Shown piece after piece: positions 24,402-35,675 of a DNA stretch of 64,000 bases (position 1 is the first letter of the stretch; the number at the start of each line of letters is the position of its first letter). The stretch spans positions 18,104,001 to 18,168,000 of the forward strand of contig OZ024752.1 in the NCBI GenBank assembly GCA_964016885.1, written 5' to 3'. The notes under the pieces were generated by a model that was not told the origin of the DNA, searched no databases, and saw only the letters and a program-made list of their open reading frames with translations. The position numbers and the translations under genes were made by a program. Origin of the DNA: Eledone cirrhosa. Its lineage: Eukaryota.

Positions 24402-26000
24402 AAAATTTCCGCTTTACCTTGCTTGCAAAGGGTGGGATGGGTCCTTTTCAGCACAGCATCACTCCATTCGTAATCTCCTCTGTGAGCTTCAGTGATCTGA
24501 GGTCAGCTCTCACCACCTCCGCCCATGGTTTTCATGGTCTTCCTCAACTGCATCTTCCTTCCACTGGGATTTCTTGGCACTTCTTTATTCAGAGGTCATC
24601 CTCCATGTGAATCACATGTCCATACCAACACAGTCTTCTCTCCCGCACATTACAGTTTATCCCTCTTATACAGTTTTTCTCTCAACTCATCTATGCTTGG
24701 TCGTTCACGCACATTGACATTGCACATCCAACAGAGCATGCTCGCTTCATTTCTCTCCAGCCGTCGCATATCTTCCACAGTTGCTGCCCATGTCTCACTA
24801 CCATGTAGCATCGCACATCTGACACAGGCATCATATAACCGTCCTTTCATTCGTTGGGAGAAACCCTTCTTTGTCAACAGAAGCAGCTCCCTAAACTTCT
24901 TTCAACCTGTCCTTATTCTAGATATATGGCCTAGGAGCATCCTCCTACCTTGCTAATCTGATCACCTAGGTACTGGAAGCTATCAACCACTTCTATAGAT
25001 CCTACATGCATTTGAAAAATGTGTCTATTACTGCAACTTCTATTGTCAAATTTCCCTGTACATCTACTGCATATATAGTTTTCCCTTCCTGTTAATTTGC
25101 CTACTATCCCACTACACCTCTTGTGTACCCAAGATCTTCATTGGGTACATTCTATAGAATTTATGCCAGTTCCTTTTCTACATATCAAACATGGCCATTT
25201 TCCTGATGGAATCAGAGTTTTGTCCTCTTTTCTACTTATCAACACTTTAGTCTTAGCTAGGTTCACTCTCAGTCCTCTTGATTCCAACTGCTGTTTCCAT
25301 AGCCAGAATTTATTCTCTAGCTCCTCTACTGATTCTGCTATAAGAACCAGATTGTCAGCATAAAGAAGTTCCCCATGAGCAGCCAGTCTTAAACTCCTCT
25401 GTTATGGCTTGTAGGACTATAATGAACAAGAGCCGGCTGAGGGCCAAACCCTGATGTACTCTTACTTGTATCTGGAATTCCTCACTAAACTCCATTCCTA
25501 CTCTCACTTTACTGACAACACCTCTGTACATAGCTTGCACTGTCCTCACAAGCCATTCCTCTACACCTAGTTTCCTTAGGGACCACCAGATGACAGATCG
25601 GGGTACCCTATCAAACGTCTTCTCTAGGTCAACGAAAGCTAAGTATAGTGGCTTATTCTTCTCTAAGAACCTCTCTTGTAGTTGTCTCACTAAGAAGAGG
25701 GCATCTGTTGTACTTTTCCCAGGCACAAAACCAAACTGCATCTCATCTAATTTGATCCTTTCTCTAATTAGTTGCGTTAATATTTTCTCTGCCACTTTCA
25801 TAACCTGATCCATCAGTTTTATGCCCCTATAATAATTGCTCCTCTCCATAGCATCTCCTTTATCTTTGTAGCAATTTAGGAGAATACTGCTACACCAGTC
25901 TTTGGGTATGAAACCACCATATATAGCTTGATTGATGATGCGTGCAACCAGTTTAGTGCCTACTTCTCCTAATCCTTCAGCATCTCAGCAACTATATCTT
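24402..26000 (-). mobile_element. RTE LINE, second subfamily, 5'-truncated and decayed
   Basis: Motifs YRGIKLMDQVMKV, QFGFVPGKST, AFVDLEKTFDRVPR, LHGSETW; closely related to the 35676-38136 copy. Confidence 0.88.
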
Positions 26001-28075
26001 TGTTTAACGTCTATCTTCCATGCTAGCATGGGTTAGACGGGAGTTGTCCCACTTGAGGCAAGGTTGGTCGGGTGACCGTATCTCGCTCATATAGGACTAT
26101 CTGGCAGGTTTTCTACGGCTGGATGCCCTTCCTAACACCAACCACATTTACAGTGTGTAACTGGGAACTTTTTACCGTGTTACCTACATGGCCACATTAC
26201 AGCGTGGACTGTGTGTTTTTTTTTGTCGTGACACCTACACGATCCCGATCTCATTATCTCATTTATTTGGACTGGATGTTGTGGTACCAACTTTACAGAG
26301 AGAGGGTGGTTTTGGTGGGAGTTCGAGGATAGGGGTAGTGGATTGGGGTGTATATTTGGTTAAGAGGTGCCTACTGACTGTAGGTTTCGCTTTGTACATA
26401 GGCAAGGCAGGTCTTCTGTATTACTGCATAGCACCAAAGATCTCGGTCCAGTGACATTGTCTTAGAGAGGTGCAAGTGTATAAGGTCAGAATTTATCAGG
26501 TCGTCCCAGGTTTTTCTGGGTCTACCTACTCTGTAACTACCATCAATTTTGATCGCCCTGCACTTTTTTATACGGCTGTCGTCTTTCATGCACATCACGT
26601 GGCCATACCAACATAGTCTTCTCTCAAGTAAACAGCATCTGATCCCTCTTATTCCTAATTTCTCACTTAGTTCATTTATGCTTTGCCGTTCACATATATT
26701 ACTATTACACATCCAACGGAGCATGCATGCTTCATTCCTTTCCAGTCTGCGCAGGTCCTCTGCACACAAGGCCCATGTCTCACTGCCATGTAGCATTGCT
26801 GTTTGTATACAGGCATCATACAATCTGCCTTTCATTTTTAGAGAGAAACCTTTTGTGGCCAACAGCGGTATAAGCTCTCTGAACTTTTTCCATCCCGTTC
26901 TGACTCTGGCTACTGTACTTTCAGAACACCCCCCCACCACTGCTGATATTGTCACCCAGGTAATGGAAAGTGTCCACTATTTCTATAGAACCATCTGGGC
27001 AATAGAAGGATCTAGTATCCTGTGGACACTTGCTACTTATTGCACCTGATCATCGGCCACATATAAAGTCTACGTTCTTAGATAGTTTACCTGTGATCCC
27101 ACTACATCTTTTATGTACCCATACTTTGCATTTGTGACATAAAATGGAATTCCTGCCTACTCCTTTCCTACACACTGAGCATGGCCATTTACCTGAGGGC
27201 ATCCGTGCCCTATTTTCCTTTCTACAAACTAGAACTTTAGTCTTAGACAAGTTAACTTTAAGGCCTTTTGATTCTAGGCCATGCTTCCATGTTTGGAATT
27301 TCTTCTCTAGTTCAGTCATTGATTCAGCTATGAGCATTAGATCATCTGCGTATAGTTCCCATGGGCAGCTGGTCATGAACTCCTCTGTTATAGCCTCAAG
27401 GGCAATAATAAATAGGAGGAGCTAAGGACAGAGCCTTGATGAACACCATCTTTTACACTAAATTCTTCACAATATTCATTGTTAATTCTAACCTTACTGA
27501 CTGTTTCTTTATACATAGCTTGTATAGCTCTCACAAGCCATTCATCTACACCTAGTTTTCTAAGAGCCCACCAGATAATGGAGCGGGGGACTCTGTCAAA
27601 GGCTTTCTCCAGGTCTACAAAAGCTAAGAAGAGGGGTTTACTTTTAGCTAGGTACTTCTCCTGTAGTTGTTGTACAAGGAAAAGAGTTCTGTGGTACTTT
27701 TACCTGACACAAACCCAAACTGCATTTCATCTAGATCAATTCAATCTCTGATTAGTTGCGCTATAACTCTTTCTGTGATCTTCATGACCTGGTCAACTAA
27801 CTTAATGCCTCTATAGTTTCCCCTATCTAGAGCATCCCCTTTACCCTTTACCCATTCTGTATTACTTGGTTAACTATACGGGTGACCATAGTGTGTCCCA
27901 CCATTCCAGATACCTTCAACATCTCAGCAACTATCTCCGAAGGCCCAGCTGCCTTGCCTGTCTTTATATCTTTGATTGCCTTACTTATTATACTACCTTT
28001 AACTTGCACCGCCTGTCTTTCTATCGGATCAATTTGGGGCAGACTATCTTTTTCCCATTTATTCTCCTCATTTCT
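26001..28075 (-). mobile_element. RTE LINE, 5'-truncated copy of the 19.5-23.0 kb subfamily, inverted relative to it
   Basis: Near-identical translations (...AYVQSETYSQ) and a matching 3' UTR on the opposite strand. Confidence 0.92.
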
Positions 28076-28401
28076 CTTTAGAAAACAGACCAAACTTGTT
28101 AACTCGACACATCCTGTAATGATTTACCAGAAAATATCTAAAAACATGTTTGTTCATTTAAATGTTTCTGAGTATTTTGACAAGTGGACACATCATTGTA
28201 AATATTTGCAATGTAATGAAGTCACAGTGCTGTTGTTTTATACTGTACTACTGTACAAGAATGTTTTATTGATGCGGTTTCATCTGGTATGGGACGTTAA
28301 GAGTTAAACCAACAAATAACAAATAAAACTTATTTATATATATATATAAAACTTACTTATATATATATATTATATATATATATATATTATATATATATAT
28401 A

Positions 28402-28620
28402 ATCATCATCATCATCATTTTACATCCGCTTTTCCCTGCTTGCAAGGGTGGGACAGGAACTGATTCTGGCTTGATTTCTACAGCTGGATGTCCTTCCTAA
28501 CACCAACCCCATTTACAGTGAGTGCTGGGTGCTTTTTTGCCGTGGCACCTCCACGACCACTTTGCAGTGGAATGATAGGGAACCCAGTCCCTATCATCTC
28601 ATCTCTACAGCTGAGTAAAA
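28402..28620 (-). mobile_element. 5'-truncated SINE, same family as 822-1156
   Basis: Direct alignment to about 822-1040. Confidence 0.8.
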
Positions 28621-28890
28621 AAGCCGCACAGTGTCTAGCAACCATCGTTGCTCATTTGTTCAACCCTGACAAAGGAACGTTGTACTAGTTTCAAGCTTAT
28701 TAGCTATCGTCAGCAACGTATACCTTCCTGCCAGATGATTGAACGTCTGAAAGTATATACTTTCCTTATGCATATTAACAGCTGAGCAGCCTAATTTGCA
28801 TATCAAGTGAGTTAATTGGCCGGGGTTCCGAAAATTAACTCACTCTATATGCAAATTAGGCTGCTCAGCCGTTAATGTGCATAAGGAAAG
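28621..28890. mobile_element. Left part of a palindromic (fold-back) Penelope-like element
   Basis: The left arm 28621-28817 is the reverse complement of 28833-28890 plus 34347-34485; 15-nt loop at 28818-28832. Confidence 0.85.
28666..28734 (-). ncRNA. Minimal type I hammerhead ribozyme
   Basis: Minus strand reads ACGUUG-CUGACGA-U-AGC(UAAUAA)GCU-U-GAAAC-UA-GUA/CAACGU: conserved core, stem II, palindromic CUAG mini stem III and a perfect 6-bp stem I. Confidence 0.8.
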
Positions 28891-29345
28891 TTTAGCAGTA
28901 TTAGTTGTAGATGTTATCGAGATGCAAGTGACATAATAACAGCAGAAATTAGAGATGAAATATACGTTTATTTTTTGATGTAGCACAAACAATGGTGTTG
29001 TACAGAGGCTGGTATCTGGCGTGTGATCCGTCGGCTTTCCAGTGGCTGTCTGTCTTTTCTTTCTAGCGTTCTCAACCGGCGTTGTTCTATCAAGGAGCGT
29101 GAGGCGTCTTACTACAGTACCTCGAGCGAGATTTTCAAATTATCGAAAATCGATGTCATTAATCACATGTGGAGTAAGATGGTGAACAATGCAACAAGGG
29201 GGAGCTATCCGCTCTAGCAAAAATTGAATCCAGAATAAGGATTTGAAAAATGCTAAAAAAAAAAACGACATGCATGCATAAAAAAAACAAGGCAAAGGAA
29301 TAGCAGAAACACAGAGGCAAAAAAAAAAGGTGCAGCTAACATAGT

Positions 29346-32300
29346 CTAAATATAGACGGTGCTGCACAGTTTTTTGGGCCAGTGGACCCTACGACCTGAA
29401 CGGGTCGTGGTCTTGTAACGTGGCGATGGTGGTGGTGTAGGGACAGGCGATGATGGTGGATCAGGAACAGTCGTTCGCTCAACAGGCAAATACGAAGGGG
29501 TTCGTGGATCAGGAACCACAGCGTCCGTATCAAGGTGCGCCTGCTTAAGCCTGTCTAATGTAACTGTCACCCTGGACCCCTTAATATCTAACGTGAAATG
29601 CTTAGCCGAGCGCGCTAAGACACGGTAAGGTCCAGTGTAAGGCTGTGTGAGCGGGGGCTTCACCGTATCATTCCTTACAAAGACATGCGTCCACGAGGCA
29701 ATATCCCTCGGGACAGCAGTCTTGACAGTTTGTTTCCTAGTGTCCATTGGCGACAAATCCTGGAAATAGGAGCGCAAACGGGACACGTAGGAAGCGTGAT
29801 CTTGGGCATCAAGATCGATAGGGGCAACGTCAGAGGGGCACCGTACAGTACTTCGGCCGGTGAAAATCCAAAGTCGACCTTCACCGTTGACCGAATCCCT
29901 AGTAGCACAATAGGGAGGTACTCGCTCCAATGCGCCGAGTCCATTGAGGCCATTAAGGAGGCCTTCAGTTGGCGGTGAAAACGCTCCACCATACCATCCG
30001 AAGCGGGATGGTATGCCGTAGTTCGAATGCGTTTAGCACCAATTATTTTTGACAGCTCGAGGAAAAGGCTCGACTCGAACTGTCATCCACGGTCGGTAGT
30101 TATTGTGGATGGAACTCCATAACGAGAGATCCATCCAGACACAAGAGCATGTGCTGTTGTCTCCGCGGTGATGTTTTTCAAGGGGATGGCCTCAGGCCAT
30201 CTCGAAAAACGGTCAATGACGGTAAGTAGATAAGAAAAACCATCGCTGACAGGCCAAGGTCCCACTATGTCAATATGAATATGCGAAAAACGCGCATCTG
30301 GGTTAGCAAAGGTACCCAGGGGAGCCTTGACGTGTCGATGGACCTTTGATCTCTGGCAAGCGACGCAGGAACGGCACCAAGCAGCAATTTCACGCCTCAT
30401 ATTTGGCCAGAAAAATCTAGCTGATATGAGCTTTGCTGTGGCAGAAGATCCTGGATGCGAGATACAATGTAATCCCAGAAACACGGTCCGACGATGATTC
30501 TCTGGAACGAAGGGTCTAGGCACGTCCAAAGAGACGTCGCAGAGAATTTGGCCAACTGCAGTCGACAGAGGCAAGTATTTCATCTCGCAATTTGCAAACT
30601 CGGGCGATGTGACATCCAGTGACTCAAGGGGAGGCTGATCCGCAGCCAAACGAGTCAGATCTATGTCAGAGGGTGACGAGATCGCTGTCACGGGTAAGCG
30701 GGACAAAGCATCGGCCGCTGTATTTAGTGAACCCGGAATGTGCTGGATATCACTCATATATTGCGAGATAAAATCAAGGTGTCTCGTCTCTCTGGGCGAG
30801 TATTTATCAGCCTTCGCTCTCAAAGCAAAAGTCAATGGTTTATGGTCAGTGAGGATAGTAAATTGTCTACCCTCTAGCACATGTGAAAAATGTTTCACGG
30901 CCAAATAGATGGCTAAAAGCTCTCTTCCAAAGGTGCTGTAGCGCGTCTCAGCAGGATTTAGCTTTTTGGAAAAAAACTCCAGCGGTTGCTGGTAACCATT
31001 GATGTTTTGCTGTAGTACTGCGCCCACAGCGATATCCGATGCATCAACACAAAGCGTTAGCTTTGCACCGGGTACCGGGTGAGTCAGTAACGAAGCATTA
31101 GCCAAAACAGTTTTGGCGTGCTGAAAATCAGCAAGTTGAGTGTCTGTCAAAGAAATATCTTTGTTCTTCCTCCGACAATTTTTCAAAATTTCTGTCAGGG
31201 AGAAAAGCAACTTGGCACAAAACGCCTATAAAAGTTAACCAGACCTAAGAACTGGCGTAACTGACGTAGTGAGGTCGGTGGAGGCAAATCCTCTATGACC
31301 TTAACTCGCTCAGGCGGGGGTCGAATTCCGTCAGCATCGATGACGTGACCCAAGAAAGTCAGTGACTCAGCACCAAAAACACATTTGGGTGCATTAAGCT
31401 GCACGTTATACGCCTTCAATCGGCGGAAAAGAAGATTCAAATGGTGCGTATGCTGCTCTGGAGAAGAACTAGCAATGAGCAGATCGTCAATATAGGTATA
31501 GACGAAATCGAGGCCGCGAGTAACCTCATCCATAAACCGCTGAAAAGTACTAGCGGCATTCCTTAATCCGAACGGCATAGTCAAAAACTCGAAAGACCCA
31601 AATGGCGTAACTATAGCCGTTTTTGGAATGTCATTTTTATGGACAGGAATTTGATGGTACGCACGAATTAAATCCAGTTTGGAGAATATCTTGCATCCCT
31701 GCAACGAAGACGCAAAGTCTTGCAGATGAGGGATAGGATAACGGTCCAGTACCGTTATCGAATTCAGGCGTCGATAATCTCCAGTAGGTCTCCAATCGCC
31801 ATTCGCTTTCGGTACCATGTGCAATGGGGACGCCCATGGGCTCATGGACGGACGAATAATCCCCATTTGCAGCATATGATCAAACTCTGATCGTGCTGCT
31901 TTGAGTTTGTCCGGAGGCAAGCGACGAGGGCGAGAGAAAACGGGAGCACCAGTTGTAGATATGAAGTGCTCCGTGGTATGAGTAGGTTCATCAAATCGAA
32001 AATTCCCCTGTGTCAGTTGCGGGAACGAGTTCAACAACGCATGGAAAGGATCACCGGTGTTAGCAAGAAAAAATATCAGGCTAACCGTTGGAACTCCTGC
32101 TGCCTTGCCAACAACAGCTAATCCCGTGATGCCATCAATTAGGCGTTTACCACGAAGGTCAACCGTCAATGAAAAATGGTGGAGAAAATCCGCGCCTAGA
32201 ATCGGATACGGCAAGGCAGCGACAGTAAATATCCATTTAAACTCGCGCCGCAGATTACGAAACTGCAAAGGTAACGAGATTTGTCCGAAAGTTCGAATCG

Positions 32301-32514
32301 GCGAACAATTTACTGCCTGCAACTCAATAGGCGTCTCAGGGGGAGTCTCCTTCATACAACACACAGGCCATACGGAACAAGCTGCACCTGTGTCAACCAG
32401 AAAAGCTCTACCTGACAGCAGGTCCTCAATGAAAAAGTGGCGGTTAGATGTTGTTTCGCAGAGCGCACTATCCGCCGTTAGTGACTCTGGTCGTCTTTTC
32501 CCTCGTAAGCACAA
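29346..32514 (-). pseudogene. Gypsy pol (protease, RT, RNase H, integrase), broken by frameshifts and a stop
   Basis: FLVDTGA; [30 protein letters not shown]; VDASD, RELLAIY, TDHKPL; HHCC zinc finger, HIDIVGP, TDRG, VERFHRQLK and GPY motif. Confidence 0.92.
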
Positions 32515-33261
32515 GGAGGCCTACAACGGGCGGCTTTTTTACCATATCTTTCACGGTAATAACAATATGTTGTTCCTGGTGTGTTGGAAGGGCTACGGTG
32601 GCGAGAAGTTGAATAACGTCGTGAGCGGCTCCTCTGCCGTCCAAAGGACCTGAATTCCGTGCACAACTCCGCCATTTGACGAGTCATGGCTTCCATAGTG
32701 GTGATTAATTTGTCATTAGACGCTGACGAGCGTGATTGAGGAAGAGAAGAGGAAGCAACGTACTTTGGCTTCGAAGTGTCTCTCTTCGTCACCTCTACAA
32801 TTTTGTCAGCAGAGACAGCAATGTGATCCAGGGTATTCACCTCTAGCATATGGGCTAGGATCGCCTGTACCTCTTGAGGTAGGCGAGAGAAGAACAATTG
32901 CTTCAGGAAAGGGCTATCCCGATCTTGGGAATCGCTCAAATCCCGCAAATGCCGGAGAAAAGCGGTAGGGGTCCTGTCACCTAATCGTTCGTCCTCGATC
33001 AGTGACCGAAAACGACTCTCTACCGACTTACAATTCCTCCTCAAAATCTCGCCCTTCAAAAACTCATACGTCAAGTCAGAGGGGGGGGGGGGGGTCTGTA
33101 ATTAGGTCTTGGACCGAATCTGCTAGATTAGGGGGAAGGCCGCTAATCAGTACAGCGAGGCGCTGGTCAGATTCGGTCTTACAGACCGTAAAATACGCCT
33201 GTAACTGGGCAAACCACATCTTAGGTTTTCCAGTAAAGGCGGGCAAATGTGTTACATTCAT
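32478..33261 (-). pseudogene. Gypsy gag, frameshifted in a poly-C run near 33080
   Basis: LPAF..KPKMWFAQL, LGDRTPT.FLRHLR, FFSRLP, C-terminal [17 protein letters not shown]. It overlaps the pol frame at a GGGAAAA slippery-like site. Confidence 0.85.
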
Positions 33262-34346
33262 GTCAACTTTTAGAATTAAAACAAATATATATACCTATAT
33301 ATCGAAAGAGCAATTAATGCACCCTTGTACAGTGAAAAGAGAACAGCCAATAGAGAAAAAGTTAAAGGGCAAAAAGAAACAGACATTCAAAACATAAGGA
33401 AATATGCAAAATACATAAAATACAGATATATATCTTTAAAAAAAAATTTTTCCTTCAACGTCTGTCCCCTCGCGTTGCCTCAACGAACCAGCCAAATCAA
33501 ATAAGGTAAAAAAAAAAGAGGAAGAAAAAAAATTTTTTTTTTTAAAAAAAATATATCCACGTTGGATATCAACAAAGGTAGCCAGTGGCTAAAAATCCCT
33601 TAGAAAAAGGTAAGGCATGTATATCCCCATGCGGGGCAGTTATGTTCACAAAAAAAAGTTTAGTCTCTTCTCTCTTGATCAGTCATGGAACACACACGCA
33701 ATTCAAAAAATGTGTCCGTTACAAAACTGGGAAGGAACGCAACGCCACCTTGGAAAAATACACTTTTTTCTTTTTTTCTTCTGTAAGTGAATAAAAAAAA
33801 GTTGCTCTAAATTATCGACACGAATGAATCGTTTTGATATTTCCGATGTGTGGTGGTTTGCGTCGGTAAGGCTATGAAGCTGCCACTCACTATTCCCTGT
33901 TTTGGTCAGTGGTTAAACAATGTTGTCGCTGCTGCTGCTGTCGTTGTTGTTGTCGAGTGTAGCAAAAAGTTTCTTGAAATACTACTAACTTTTCGATAAT
34001 TTTAAATGGAATATTTTTTATTTTCACAAGTTGCGAAAAAAAGGCCGACAATGTGGCAATAAAAGTTCAATTGATGAAAAAGAAGGGCTGCGTTAAATTC
34101 TTACGTCGGTCACCACTTTAGCAGTATTAGTTGTAGATGTTATCGAGATACGAGTGACATAATAACAGCAGAAATTCGAGATGAAATATACGTTTATTTT
34201 TTGTTGTAGCACAAACAATGGTGTTGTACAGAGGCTGGTATCTGGCGTGTGATCAGTCGGCTTTCCAGTGGCTGTCTGTCTTTTCTTCCTGGCGTTCTCA
34301 ACCGGCGTTATTCTATCAAGGAGCGTGAGGCGTGTTACTACAAAAG

Positions 34347-34485
34347 TATATACTTTCAGACGTTCAATCATCTGGCCGGAAGGTATACGTTGCTGACGAT
34401 AGCTAATAAGCTTGAAACTAGTACAGCGTTCCTTTGTCAGGGTTGAACAAATGAGCAACGATGGTTGCTAGACACTGTACGGCTT
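34347..34485. mobile_element. Right remainder of the palindromic Penelope-like element
   Basis: Reverse complement of 28621-28759. Confidence 0.85.
34372..34440 (+). ncRNA. Minimal type I hammerhead ribozyme
   Basis: ACGUUG (34387-92), CUGACGA (34393-99), U AGC UAAUAA GCU U, GAAA (34414-17), C UA, GUA (34421-23), then CAGCGU. Stem I extends through aagg/cctt and ctggc/gtcag. Confidence 0.8.
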
Positions 34486-34636
34486 AATTCGGGATGTTTG
34501 TTTACAAACACACCGAGCATTATAATAAATGTTCGGTGAATCCATACGTACATATATATATGTGTGCATGTATGTATATATATATATACATACTACTGTA
34601 CGTCTGTATACATATATGTATGTACGTATACATGCT

Positions 34637-34637
<1 letters not shown>

Positions 34638-34702
<65 letters not shown>
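34638..34702. repeat. (TA)n(GA)n microsatellite
   Basis: Directly visible. Confidence 0.95.
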
Positions 34703-34705
<3 letters not shown>

Positions 34706-35675
34706 GCATAATTTAGCATACATGCAGTGCTTGAAACTGGAGGTAGCAACATTTATGTGTTGAAGACAGTAACCATAATGTAAATATATTTAAAAGAATC
34801 GAAGTCAGTGTTGCAGCATATGTTCAAACTTTATTTGTATATTACAATTTTTTCTATATCAATCAGCTCAGAGTACAATTAAGGTGTTGTGGCCAGACTC
34901 TTTTTCAACATCTTGTCAGACATGCGAGCTTATATGTATGTGCACATATAAACTGACATATGTGACGCGATGTTGAAATGGGCCCTGTCTACATGGCTTG
35001 AATACAAGATTTACATTTCTTGTATTCAACCATGTAGAGCGATAAAACTATTTGTTAGTTATTTAACTATGGCAAAGCCAGCCATGAATTGCTTGTATAC
35101 ATAAAACTGACTGGCCTATCTGCTGATATGCAGATCTGACTGACCGAGTAGTCTGTTAATATGCAAATCAGGTTGATCTGTCAATGTATATTCCAGAAAA
35201 AATATATTTTCACTAGCTCTGACAGTTGACAGGTAAACAGTATGCGGTACTGATGAAGGGTAATGTAGTAAGAGTTGATGTTAATCTATTGGGGTTGTGA
35301 GTCACAACAAGGGAGACAACCGCTACAGTAATAACCCAGAAACATTAGTGTTTGCCGTTCTTTTATAATAATAATGAAATTATTGTGTACAGTTCTCAGG
35401 TGCACTACAACTCATCAAAGGTGCATGTATAGTACATAGAATAATGTACAAACGAATCGAATATTATTATTAATATTTGAAAAACTCAGATTTACATTTC
35501 TTATATATATATATATATATCATTTTACGTCTGCTTTTCCTTGCTTGCATGGGTAGGAAGGGTCCTCTTCACAGCATCTATCCATTCATCACAGTCTTTT
35601 GTCATCTCCTCCGTGAATTTCAGCGATCTGAGGTCATATATATATATATATATATATAAATATATACCTAATAAC

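Larger units (their letters stand above)
28891..34342 (-). mobile_element. Full-length Ty3/Gypsy LTR retrotransposon, decayed
   Basis: 226-bp LTRs at 28891-29116 and 34117-34342 (9 mismatches by manual count), 4-bp TSD AAAG, PBS at 34103-34115, and gag-PR-RT-RH-IN order. Confidence 0.96.
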
